A stretch of 64,000 nt of DNA, from positions 48,174,001 through 48,238,000 of the forward strand of contig OZ336874.1 of the NCBI GenBank assembly GCA_965287045.1, given 5' to 3'. The number at the start of each line of letters is the position of its first letter. Positions within the stretch are counted from its first letter, which is position 1. The translations under genes and the position numbers were made by a program. Below, one piece after another: positions 37,941-48,780 of the stretch. The DNA comes from Carcharhinus amblyrhynchos. Taxonomy: Eukaryota. The notes below the pieces were generated by a model. That model was not told the origin of the DNA, ran no database searches, and saw only the letters and a list, made by a program, of their open reading frames with translations.

Positions 37941-39932
37941 GTGTGGAATTTTTTCAAGGAACAGCTACTGCGGGTCTGTGATAGGTATGTCCCTGTCAGG
38001 CAAGGAGGAATTGGTAGGGCTAAGGAACCGTGGTGCACAAAAAAAGTTGATTCGTTGGTTAGGAAGAAAAAGGAGGCTTATGTTCGGATGAGGCTTGAGG
38101 GCTCAGGTAGTGCATTAGAAAGCTTTAGATTGGCTAGGAGGGAGTTGAAGAGGGAGTTAAGAAGGGCTAAAAGAGGACATGAGATGACTTTGGCTGAAAG
38201 GATTAAGGAGAATCCTAAGGCGTTTTACAGGTATGTCAAGAACAGAAGGTTGGTTAGGGCAAGATTAGGGCCAGTTATAGACAGTGGAGGGAAGTTGTGT
38301 GTGGAACCAGAAGAGATTGGAGAGGCATTGAACCAATATTTCTCTTCGGTGTTCACGCAGGGGGACATGAATGTAGCTGTGGAGGTCACTGGGGTGCAGG
38401 GGTGTAAAATAGAAAGTATTGCAGTTGAAACCGGGGATGTGCTGGATATTCTAGAGGGCTTGAAAATAGATAAGTCCCCTGGTCCGGATGGGATTTACCC
38501 TAGGATTCTCTGGGAGGCTAGAGAGGTGATTGCAGAGCCTCTGGCTCTGATCTTCAGGTCATCGTTGGTCTCTGGTATAGTACCGGAAGATTGGAGGACA
38601 GTGAATGTTGTCCCATTGTTTAAGAAGGGGAACAGAGACTTCCCCGGGAATTATAGACCGGTGAGTCTTACTTCTGTTGTGGGCAAGGTTTTAGAAAGAA
38701 TTATTAGGGATAGGATTTATAGTTATTTGGAGAGTAATGAATTGATTAGAGACAGTCAGCATGGTTTTGTAGCAGGTAGGTCGTGCCTTACTAACCTTAT
38801 TGAGTTCTTTGAGAAAGTGACCAAAGAGGTGGATAGGGGTAAGGCAGTTGACGTGGTATATATGGATTTTAGTAAGGCGTTTGATAAGGTTCACCATGGT
38901 GGGCCTCTGCAGAAAATGCAGATGTATGGGATTGGGGGTAATCTAGGTACTTGGATCAGGAAGTGGCTGGCAGATAGGAGACAGAGGGTGGTGGTTGATG
39001 GTGAATATTCGTCATGGAGTTCGGTTACGAGCGGTGTGCCTCAGGGATCTGTTTTGGGGCCACTGCTGTTTGTAATTTTTATTAATGATCTGGATGAGGG
39101 TATAGTTGGGTGGATTAGTAAGTTTGCTGATGACACCAAAGTCGGTGGTGTGGTAGATTGTGAGGAAGGGTGTCATAGTTTGCAGGGTGACTTAGACAGG
39201 TTGCAGAGCTGGGCCGCGAGGTGGCGGATGGAGTTTAATGCGGAGAAGTGTGAGGTAATTCATTTCGATAGGAGTAACAGATGTGTTGAGTATAGGGCTA
39301 ACGGGAGGACTTTGAATAGTGTGGAGGAGCAGAGGGATCTAGGTGTATGTGTACATAGATCCCTGAAAGTTGGGAATCAAGTAGATAAGGTAGTTAAGAA
39401 GGCATACGGTGTCTTGGCGTTTATTGGTAGGGGGATTGAATTTAGGAGTCGCAGCGTCATGTTGCAACTGTACACAACTCTGGTGCGGCCGCACTTGGAG
39501 TACTGTGTGCAGTTCTGGTCCCCACATTACAGGAAGGACGTGGAGGCTTTGGAGAGGGTGCAGAGGAGGTTTACCAGGATGTTGCCTGGTATGCAGGGGA
39601 GGTCATATGAGGAGAGACTGAGGGATTTGGGGTTGTTTTCGCTGGAAAGAAGGAGGCTAAGAGGGGATCTTATTGAAACATATAAGATGATTAGAGGTCT
39701 AGATAGGGTGGATAATGATAGCCTTTTTCCTCGGATGGAGAATGCTAGCACGAGGGGGTATGGCTTTAAATTAAGGGGTGGTAGTTATAGGACGGATGTC
39801 AGGGGTAGGTTCTTTACCCAGAGGGTGGTGAGGGATTGGAATGCCCTGCCTGCTGCGGTTGTAAATGCGCCTAGTTTGGGGGCGTTTAAGAGATCTGTGG
39901 ATAGGTTTATGGACGAAAAGGGATTGGTTTAG
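37806..39932 (+). CDS. Chimeric CR1 ORF2 reading frame (RT domain, no endonuclease); GTG start, probably not expressed
   Basis: 708 codons. The first 45 come from the host CR1 and the rest from the nested CR1. Motifs YMDFSKAFDKV, GVPQGSVLGP, FADDTK. Confidence 0.6.
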   Translation: MPEDWKTANVTPLFKKGARQKAGNYRPVSLTSVVGKMLESVIKEEVWNFFKEQLLRVCDRYVPVRQGGIGRAKEPWCTKKVDSLVRKKKEAYVRMRLEGSGSALESFRLARRELKRELRRAKRGHEMTLAERIKENPKAFYRYVKNRRLVRARLGPVIDSGGKLCVEPEEIGEALNQYFSSVFTQGDMNVAVEVTGVQGCKIESIAVETGDVLDILEGLKIDKSPGPDGIYPRILWEAREVIAEPLALIFRSSLVSGIVPEDWRTVNVVPLFKKGNRDFPGNYRPVSLTSVVGKVLERIIRDRIYSYLESNELIRDSQHGFVAGRSCLTNLIEFFEKVTKEVDRGKAVDVVYMDFSKAFDKVHHGGPLQKMQMYGIGGNLGTWIRKWLADRRQRVVVDGEYSSWSSVTSGVPQGSVLGPLLFVIFINDLDEGIVGWISKFADDTKVGGVVDCEEGCHSLQGDLDRLQSWAARWRMEFNAEKCEVIHFDRSNRCVEYRANGRTLNSVEEQRDLGVCVHRSLKVGNQVDKVVKKAYGVLAFIGRGIEFRSRSVMLQLYTTLVRPHLEYCVQFWSPHYRKDVEALERVQRRFTRMLPGMQGRSYEERLRDLGLFSLERRRLRGDLIETYKMIRGLDRVDNDSLFPRMENASTRGYGFKLRGGSYRTDVRGRFFTQRVVRDWNALPAAVVNAPSLGAFKRSVDRFMDEKGLV

Positions 39933-40027
39933 ATTAGTGGGTCAGTGTTTTTAAAAAAAACTGGTTGGCGCAACATCGTGGGCCGAAGGGCCTGTTCTGC
40001 GCTGTAATGTTCTATGTTCTATGTTCT
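37941..40027 (+). mobile_element. Second young CR1 family member nested inside the host CR1
   Basis: Uninterrupted ORF2 fragment from VWNFFKEQ to DEKGLV* (39932) with a full RT domain. Has its own 3' UTR and (gttctat)n tail. The host sequence resumes at 40028. Confidence 0.96.
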
Positions 40028-41361
40028 AAATTGCGAGGCATCTTGAAGGGAATTGCTTGATAGGGCAGACGCAACACGGTTTCATTAAAGGGAAGTCGTG
40101 TCTGACAAATTTACTGGAGTTCTATGAGGATGTGTCTAGGGCAGTGGATAGAGGAGAGCCGGTGGATGTGGTCTTTCTGGATTTTCAGAAGGCGTTTGAC
40201 AAGGTACCTCACAAGAGGTTATTGCAGAAGGTCAGGGGACATGGAGTTGGGGGTAGGGTGTTAGCGTGGATAGAGGATTGGTTGTCAAATAGGAGGCAGA
40301 GAGTGGGGGTCAATGGGTGCTATTCGGATTGGCGGTTGGTGACTAGTGGGGTGCCCCAGGGGTCGGTGCTGGGGCCTCAGCTATTTACCATTTATATAGA
40401 TGATCTGGAGGAGGGAACCGAGTGTATGGTGTCGAAATTTGCTGATGACACCAAGATTGGGGGAAAGGCAAATTGTGCGGAGGGTGTGGAGAGTCTGCAG
40501 AAGGATCTAGATAGGCTGGGCGAATGGGCCAGGAAATGGCAAATGGAATTTATTGTTGGCAAGTGTGAGGTGGTCCACTTTGGTAGGAAGGACTATTACT
40601 TACGTGACGAAAAACTGCAGCAGGCGACGGTGCAGAGGGACCTCGGGGTCCTTGTGCATGAGTCGCAAAAACCCAGCTTGCAGGTGCAGCAGGTGGTCAG
40701 GAAGGCGAATGGGATGCTGGCCTTCATAGCGAGGGGGATTGAATATAAAAGTAGGGAGGTCTTGCTGCAGCTGTATAGGGCATTGGTGAGGCCGCAGCTG
40801 GAGTACTGTGTGCAGTTTTGGGCGCCGCACCTGCGCAAGGATATTTTGGCCTTGGAGGGAGTGCAGAGGAGGTTTACGAGGCTGATACCGGAGTTGAGGG
40901 GGTTGAGCTATGAGGAGAGGCTGAATAAACTAGGCTTGTACTCGTTAGAGTTTAGAAGAATGAGGGGAGATCTCATTGAGACGTATAAGATGATGAATGG
41001 GATGGATAGGATAGAGGTGGAGAGACTCTTCCCGCTCAAAAAAGACAGTAGGACTAGGGGGCACAGCCTCAAGATAAAGGGGAGGTGGTTTAGAACAGAG
41101 TTGAGGAGGAACTTCTTCACTCAAAGGATGGTGAATCTCTGGAATTCTCTGCCCGTTGAAGTGGTGGAGGCTGCCTCGCTAAATATTTTTAAGAAGCGGG
41201 TTGATGGGTTCTTGATAAGAGAGGGGATTAAGGGTTATGGGGAGAGGGCGGGAAAGTGGAACTGAGCCACGACAGATCAGCCATGATCTTATTGAATGGC
41301 GGGGCAGGCTCGAAGGGCTAGATGGCCTACTCCTGCTCCTATTTCTTATGTTCTTATGTTC
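40028..41361 (+). mobile_element. Young CR1 (host element), 3' piece; RT ORF 40057-41265
   Basis: Resumes at IARHLEGNCLIGQTQHG, colinear with the 22682-24209 copy. Has a 12-bp in-frame deletion (HFGRKDYY vs HFGRKNGRKDYY). (ttcttatg)n tail. Confidence 0.97.
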
Positions 41362-43569
41362 AAGTGGGTGTTTGACATTTTCATGTAGGTAGATGTCTCG
41401 CCTCCAACATAACCTCCTGGAAAATGGTACCATGACTAGGTATTGTTTTGGCAAGTGGCCAGAAGCTCCAGACTCCATCAGCCTCTGCTCCCACCTCTGG
41501 AGTCAGTTGAAAATTCAACCGATACATTTCAATGAGGTGAGAGCCAAAGACGTTTTACCTACAGGTGTTTGAAGGCAGGTGATTCAAAGGAGCCAAGGCA
41601 AATACTCTCAGTTCAGACATTAGCACATCCATCTCCTTTTGGATTGATAGTGCAGACAGCGTAAGGGCTTCAAACGGAAAGGGCTGAAATGAGGTTCTCA
41701 GTGAAAAACAAAAGACAACTGAAACTGAAAATGTGAGTTTGTAGCGGAGCAAAAGGGGGAGGAAAGTGAGAACAGGAAACGGTAAAATAGAATAAAAGGA
41801 AATGATGCAAACCCAGATTAAAAACAGAAGACGGTATAAATGATCACTCAGCGTTTGTTAAAAGCAAAATGTCACTTATAACATTTTGGCTGTGTTTTTA
41901 ATCAAGAAGAGTAATTTCATTGCAGCGTTGGTTGTACTTGCACATTGTTCATAATGTCAGTGGAGAAAAGGCAGTGAGAATAAGGTACCAGTTACTATAA
42001 AAAGACTGTAGATCTATGCCATGCAGCCCATCAGTACTGCCTGCGGCTAGATTGGCATGAGATTCATCTAATTGTGAAATAGCAGTGTACGTTTGCCATG
42101 GCCTCATTTGCAAATACACTCACTTCTGACAGGACAACTGATGGTGGGGCTCCGAATCTTCAGCCAACCATGAGCCCAAGTTTAACAGTGGCAATGTCTC
42201 TTGGAGCTGTAATGGAACATAACACGATTTGCAGGGGCAAAATAAACTGGATAAAGGTTTGAGCAGTGAACAAGGGAAGCAAAGGTTGAAGAATGAGATG
42301 GAAGGTGTTGAGAGAGAGATGTTAAACCAAATCAGGCAAACATCCCGGACACCACTGCATCTTTGTGGGATTTTGCAGCTACTGTGACAAGCCATGTTGG
42401 TATGATGTCAAGAAAATCTTTCACTTGCATTTATAACTTCTCTGTAAGCCAGCTTATGAATAGCTGAACATTTGATTGATGGATCATGCAAGCCTGAACT
42501 ATGCAAATATTTTAAATAGAGAAGGCAGTTTTCTAATTCCATTTGGATTATCATGGTGGGCAAGGTGGATCTTCATAAGATGTGTGCAAGTTGGAAGTTT
42601 TAACATTTTAAATCCAGGGCAGATATGCCCACAGTATATTTTCACTACCTACCTTGCCTTTTGTTAAGAAATTTACCCTGAGGCTTAAAAGCATGACTTA
42701 AAATGAGGACGAATCTGTGAATGTGGCCTAAGTACCTGATGTACGCTTTCCAATGCACTGAACTTCCTGTCTGGTAACATGTATTATACGTGGACTTGTT
42801 GAGTTATTGGATGTTCTGTCAATGTTTGTCAATACATGATCACAACCATGATTTTAAAATACTTTAAAGCCTCTGTTTTTAAAGGTATTTTGTATTTTAT
42901 TTTGTGCAAATTATTAGCCAGAAAGTTATGGAATAAAGTAAATGAAAGAGAATGCAATACTTTAAATAGTGACAGTATTGACTTGATGTACTGTGTAGCC
43001 CATTCAACATTTAACTTTTTAAAAATACACAGCAACTTGCAAGACTTGGACTGGGGACAAAACTTTCTGTAAATTCATTCAGCAAATGGTGCACTGGGCA
43101 AGGTGAATGACTTCTTATGATGCACAGTGATGTTGAATTGCCTCAGCCTTATTGTGACATGAATTATCTTGTTTTTGTTTCAAAATACAAAATGGAATTT
43201 CACATTCTACAGATCGAGCTGGCAAGTTTTGGAACTTAACATCAAACTTGAGTATTTTTTTTCAGCTGTGCGCCATTGCCCGTGGCCTCAGGACATCCTA
43301 AAGCACTTGAACAGCACTTTTTGAAGTGTTGCAGGTTTGCTAAGTCCCTAGCAGGTTGCTTGTTTTGCACTAATGATGGGAAAATTAATAGAATCATAAT
43401 TCTGATCTTCCAAGTATGAATAAAAGACCTAGAATACTTTATAGAAAATGGATTCACTCCTGTAAAGCAGTGATACTAATTGCTAATGGATAGCATTTAG
43501 ATTTGATACAGGCAATCAATATCACGAGGGGTTCTGGACAGACTGTATAGGGACAGACTGATTCCATTG

Positions 43570-43850
43570 GCGGAATTGTCATGAACCAGAGGACCTGGAG
43601 TTGAGGTGAATGGTCAATGAACAAAAGGCGACATGGGGACAACAATTCTTTTTGCAGCAAGTAGTTAGGATCGGGAATGCATTGCCCTCAACTATGATGC
43701 AGGCGAGTTCAATCATGGTTTTCAAAGGAGTATTGGATAGATATTTGAAGAGAAAAATTTGCTTTTACAAACTTGAGACAGAATGTGAATGGCTGAGTTG
43801 CTTGGAACCAGCATGGGCACGATGGGCTGAAAGCTGTTTTGTGTTGTACT
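43570..43850 (+). mobile_element. Old CR1 3' end fragment
   Basis: ORF 43610-43852 (FFLQQVVRIGNALP...FKGVLDRYLKRK). Tail gggcacgatgggctgaa. Confidence 0.8.
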
Positions 43851-44436
43851 GATACAATTTCCCAGATCTTCACATAAACAAAAATATACGTAGGTTGCCA
43901 TAAACTAATGACTGAAAATAGTTAAGTTGATATAATTTATAAAATGAAATGATGAATAAAGGCTCACTGAACACTTGTGTTGTAGGATGAACTATGAAAG
44001 ATCTTAATATTTCTTACCATTGATGGGAAGTTACCTATACATCTGGTGGATTCACACTTCACAACTCTCTTTTTGTTAAATTCTTATTCAAATTTCTCTC
44101 TCTCGCTATCCTTAGCAATTTGATTGCTTTTTTTTAAGAGCTGGAGTAATTTTTGCAAGAGAAAAGTCTTGCTGGAAATTCTATATTAGACTTTTGAATC
44201 TTGAGGCTCAGCTTTGTAACCACATTCACAACTCTACTGTGACGGTTGATGGGATTTCTGTCCGTTGACAGGTTATGGATGGAATGTTCTCTTTATTATT
44301 GGGATTGCTTCCTGCAGATGTTTTCTTTTGTGATGTTATCATTAGTTCCTTTCCTATTGCAGTATTTTCTATTAACATCCAAAAGGGAGACACTGCAGTC
44401 TCTCCAGATGGTGCATGTCTTTCAATTTTGGAACAA

Positions 44437-44886
44437 TAAAGAAAGAACTTGAATTGATATCATATCTTCTGTGGCCTCAGGACATCCTGAAGCACTTGAA
44501 CAGCTAATGCAGCACTTTTGAAGTGTTGTAGGAAAATGTGGCAGCCAACTTGCACACAGCAAAATCCCACAAACAGTAAAGAGACAAATGATCAGATCAT
44601 CTGTTATTAGTGATTGAGAGATAAACATTGGCCAGAACATCTGGGGGAGTCTTTTGCTCTTCTAATTGTGTCATGGGATTTTTTGCCTTTTTTATCTGTC
44701 AAAACTGATTAACTGATCTTTTTATCACTTTCCTGTTTGTGAATTTTGCTATGCAAGAAATTACTGTTGCATTTCCAAATTACAACAGTGAGAACTGTGA
44801 AAAAAGCATTTTCGTAGTTTAAGCAAACACTTCGGGACATCTCAAGGTCAGGATAGGCACTCTGTATAATTGCAGTTCTTTCTTTG
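44437..44886. mobile_element. Two DeuSINE-like 3' fragments in inverted arrangement
   Basis: Minus copy ~44437-44690 (aaagaaagaacttg...cagcaaaatcccacaaacag). Plus copy ~44710-44886 (ctgtttgtgaattttgct...gcagttctttcttt). Confidence 0.65.
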
Positions 44887-47377
44887 GTACTTCGGTACTA
44901 TCTTCCTGCCAAGCTTTATCACCCTATCATTATTAGGCATTCACTGTGCTGAATCCCACTATACAGTTAGCGTAGCTAAGCATTAGTGATGGGTCACAGT
45001 GGAGTAGGTATACCTGGTGCTTTATATGTATCTCTCAAAAAGTGATTTATATGAGACCGATTTTTGAAGTGATTTTTAAAATCAATTTATCTTGACACTT
45101 AACGAAAGTTGTTTTAAAATGACTTTAATCATTCATAGCTTGTAAATTATGTTGATTATGAGATGTGATGCCTGATGGCATTTACGAGAGTGGTACGTTA
45201 TATTGGATCAGAGCTGATTTCTTCTTGGAATAGTAGAATTTTTTGTCTCTGAGCTTGACTTCGCTTAGCTTTTAATCCTTCTCCTCTTGTAATGTCAGTG
45301 GTTGACTTGTATAGGCATTCATTAGTCCTAGGAAGAGATAACGAACATATCGTCTTGCTTGCTCCATTATTATTTGGCTGTGGAGTTACAATGCAGTGCG
45401 TGAAGCTCACAATTTGTCTTTTCTACATGGGAAATGATGTCTCACATTCTGATTTCTGATTGGCACAGGGATGGTTAGATTGACTGGCATGTTAGCCGTT
45501 CAACTTTTAAATTCTGTTGGAAGATTGGAGATCCATTAATTAGAATTTAGTGGAACAGAAATTCTGCAAGATTGTATCTGAGTGTGTTCCAAAAGTTTAT
45601 ACTGGCAACCAAGCATACTCCGTGTGAATTATTTTAGGAGCCAACACCCTTTAAAAGTATATTTGCTGTTGAAACCTTAATGTCCGTTTAGTCTGATCTA
45701 GACATGTAATTTTTTAAAACAAAGTTGCACGTTATGGTAGTTGTACAAAATTAAACATAGCATGTTTCAAAATCCTAGCTTACAGTACAGACATAGCTTT
45801 ACTGTAATCACTCCTTTCGATATGTGGGGCTAAATGTAAAGAAAATATGCTGAATAGGAGAATTTGGCTTTGGGTCTCGTACGTTCCTATTCCATTTAGT
45901 GAAGCCAGACATTCAAACCTGCTTACTTTTAAAGGTGTGATTAGTTTTTATAGTTCTCAGCTATGTTGAGCAGTGAAGTTTCTCACCCAAGCTTAAGTGA
46001 ATGCACTGGTAATTTAGTAACAATAGTGGCAGATTTAAACTGGGAAAAGAGATAGAATGAGACGTATTGCGGGTGCAGGTTTCGAACCTGAGCAGTTGAT
46101 GTCTTTGAAGTTGCAAATACTTCATTCTGTAACAATAGATATAGGCGGGGTCTGAAAGTCTTCCAAAAGTGCATGATTCATCTGATCAGGCTCTCTGCTG
46201 CAAAATTTGCATGATTAATTGAATTAAAGGCATGGATGGGAAAATTTTAAAGTATAGTGCAGGATAATAAAATTCCTTAATAATCCACACAATTTCAAAC
46301 TGCCTAGCACTATGTCACTGGCACGATTCTGAACCTGAGCTGTTTTCACTGAGGGTGGCAAAGGTTCAGATTGGGCAACCAATTGAGGCTGATCATTCCT
46401 AATTATAGGCCCTGTCCCCATACTGATGGGGATTTGCAGTGTGGGCTGCATTCTGTTCAAACCAACGACCAACATTGAGTGCTCAGGGTAGGAAGTGAGA
46501 GGTGAGGGTGCACGTGGGGCCAATGGATCATGCATGACCCTCTCCACACACATACAGTGCCTTCTGGGTCACAGCTGCAGCTGCTGTTTATATCCATGAG
46601 GGGTTGCCTATTCAGAATTACCTGTCATCCTTATGTGTGCTCTTGACCCCAGCCCTTCGTATTTCAATTTAACATTGATCACTCTAGGGAATCTGTAATA
46701 AATTTATTCATGATTTTAAAGTGTTAAGTGCAAGTTAATGTATATCAGATAGTGTCTGGTTTGAAATCTGTGTTCCCTGGTCTACCTATACTGTATTTAT
46801 GGGCCCAACAGGTTTCTTTTTTGCGGTCAGTTCCCAGCCAAATCGTTTTTGTATTTTCCAAAACATTTATTTGCAAATTTGTAAAGTCCATGCAAATGAA
46901 AGAAAAATCAGGGAACAGTTGTGTGAAGAAGACACGTGAACAACTAGTTGATTGATTTTTCCAATTTAATCCAAATCTTTTTGCCATCACCTTGAACAAG
47001 ACATGCTCAACCCGTCATTATGAGCCACTTGGCTGGTTTTATTTTCTGTACTATTCCATTTGAATTGTTACCTTTATACTTCAATTCCAGGTTAAATGGG
47101 TGGTTCTCCCCCCACCCCTTACTGTTTCAGCTTGCTAATGGGCACGAATGTAACATTCAGTGACTCTTATTGCACGTCCAAACTGGTTATTACACTCAGC
47201 TAATACAAGTAGCAGGGAAATTAGTGTGCCCCTGCTTTGTTCAGGCATTAGCTGATGAGCACAACAAGCTGATGTCAACTTCTCGTCAATAAACACATTT
47301 ACTGACATCAAAAGGCCAAACACTAGAGGCATAAACTGAAATATGACAAAGCACGGTGGTTGACAGATTATATTTGC

Positions 47378-47510
47378 ATGTGCTGAAGCATCATTAGATG
47401 CGAAACATCGGCTCTATTCTCTTCCCACAGTTGCTGTCCGACCTGCTGAGATTTTCAAGAAATTTCTGTTTTTGTTTCAGATTCCAGCAACTTGCAGTAT
47501 TTTGCTTTGA
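47378..47510 (+). mobile_element. Penelope-like (family B) fragment with decayed hammerhead
   Basis: tgctga-a-gcatc-atta-gatgc-gaaac (perfect stem II), then gacctgctgagattttc...ttcagattccagca. Confidence 0.72.
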
Positions 47511-48141
47511 GCCAAAAAATGCAGTTTGTTTGAACACTGCTCAGTATGTCAACACTAAAATGATTTAGACATCAAAACCTGCGCACATACAGCACTCATC
47601 CCCTCATTCCTTGGTATGGAGGCATTCAAATTTCCAGTTGCAATCTCCTGCCTGCCCTTTGATTGACCTCTGCCATTTATCATTATAACTAGGGTTAGTA
47701 GCATATACTCCCAGAAGTTCTGTCACGTGACTTACTGCTTTCATTTGCAAAAGTTTGTCTTCCTCCAACGTTCCATGTGTACATAACTAATAAAAGTGAT
47801 TTTTAAGAAAAGGAACAAAAACATCCTTAGGACTTTGCCCCTGGGTTATTCAAAGTTATATCTAGGTGATTAATCTTTTAAGTCATGGAGGCTCAAGTAC
47901 ATCCGTAGATGGTTGAGCACTTTCATTATGACTGAGTTTTGTGTCGATTAGCAAGATTTTATGACACAGCATGTATGAACACATGCATTTTATAGGATTG
48001 CTGAAGAGGTCAATGCTTGTTCTGATTTGAAATTACAGTTACGATAAGTTGTGTGTGTCTTGGGCGGATGTGGGGGGGGAGAATTTTGCATACTAAAAGC
48101 TGGCTCCAGATAATTAATCTTTCATAAAATGCAGTGGAATT

Positions 48142-48780
48142 GGGGCAGCAGATGGCACAGTGGTTAGCCCTGCTGCCTCAGCGCCAGAAGCCTAGGTTCA
48201 ATTCCTGGCTTGGGTCACTGTTTATTTGGAGTTTGCACATTCTCCCTGTGTCTGCATGGGTTTCCTCCAGGTGCTCCAGTTTCATCCCACAATCAAAAAC
48301 ATGCGGGTTAGGTGGATTGGCCATTCTAAGTTGCCCCTTGTGTGTCAGGGGAATTAGCTCGGTGTAATAAGTCCTCTGAGGTAGAAGTGCCTTCACCAGA
48401 ATTCCTTTATTTACAAGGTCCAACAACTCTATACAGAATGCTCTCAGTGTGCAGTCTACATCAGGAGTAGAGAGGGACTGAAACTCCTTTTTAAGTACAG
48501 AGCATGGAGCTAGCTCTCTGACTGGACCATCAATTAGGCTTCAATCAGAACATCTTCGGATGCCAACCAAATAAATAAATCAAATTAACGGGGGGGGGTG
48601 GGGGGGGGGGGGGGCTTCAATCAGGAGTTCATATTGAAGCAGGCCAACCTCAATTGCCTGATTAAAGTCATCACACTCGGATAACTGTATGAGGTAATGG
48701 GGGTTGGACCTGGGTGGGATTGTGGTCGGTGCAGACTCGATGGGCCGAATGGCTGCCTTCTGCACTGTAGGATTCTATGA
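48142..48780 (+). mobile_element. V-SINE split by a solo LTR
   Basis: Head and core at 48142-48362. Tail resumes at 48676-48780 (gggattgtggtcggtgcagactcgatgggccgaatgg...ggattctatg). Confidence 0.9.
48363..48675 (-). mobile_element. Solo LTR, 313 bp, 5-bp TSD
   Basis: Termini tgtaataag...gtcatcaca (TG..CA, imperfect inverted repeat). TSD ctcgg at 48358-48362 and 48676-48680. The minus strand has a TATA-like cttaaaaagg followed by aataaa near the end. Confidence 0.88.

Noticed and set aside
37806-41265. Two tandem RT ORFs as a novel RT system (retron, DGR or defence-like)
   Set aside because: Both are CR1 ORF2 fragments with CR1 tails. The nested insertion fully explains the arrangement.
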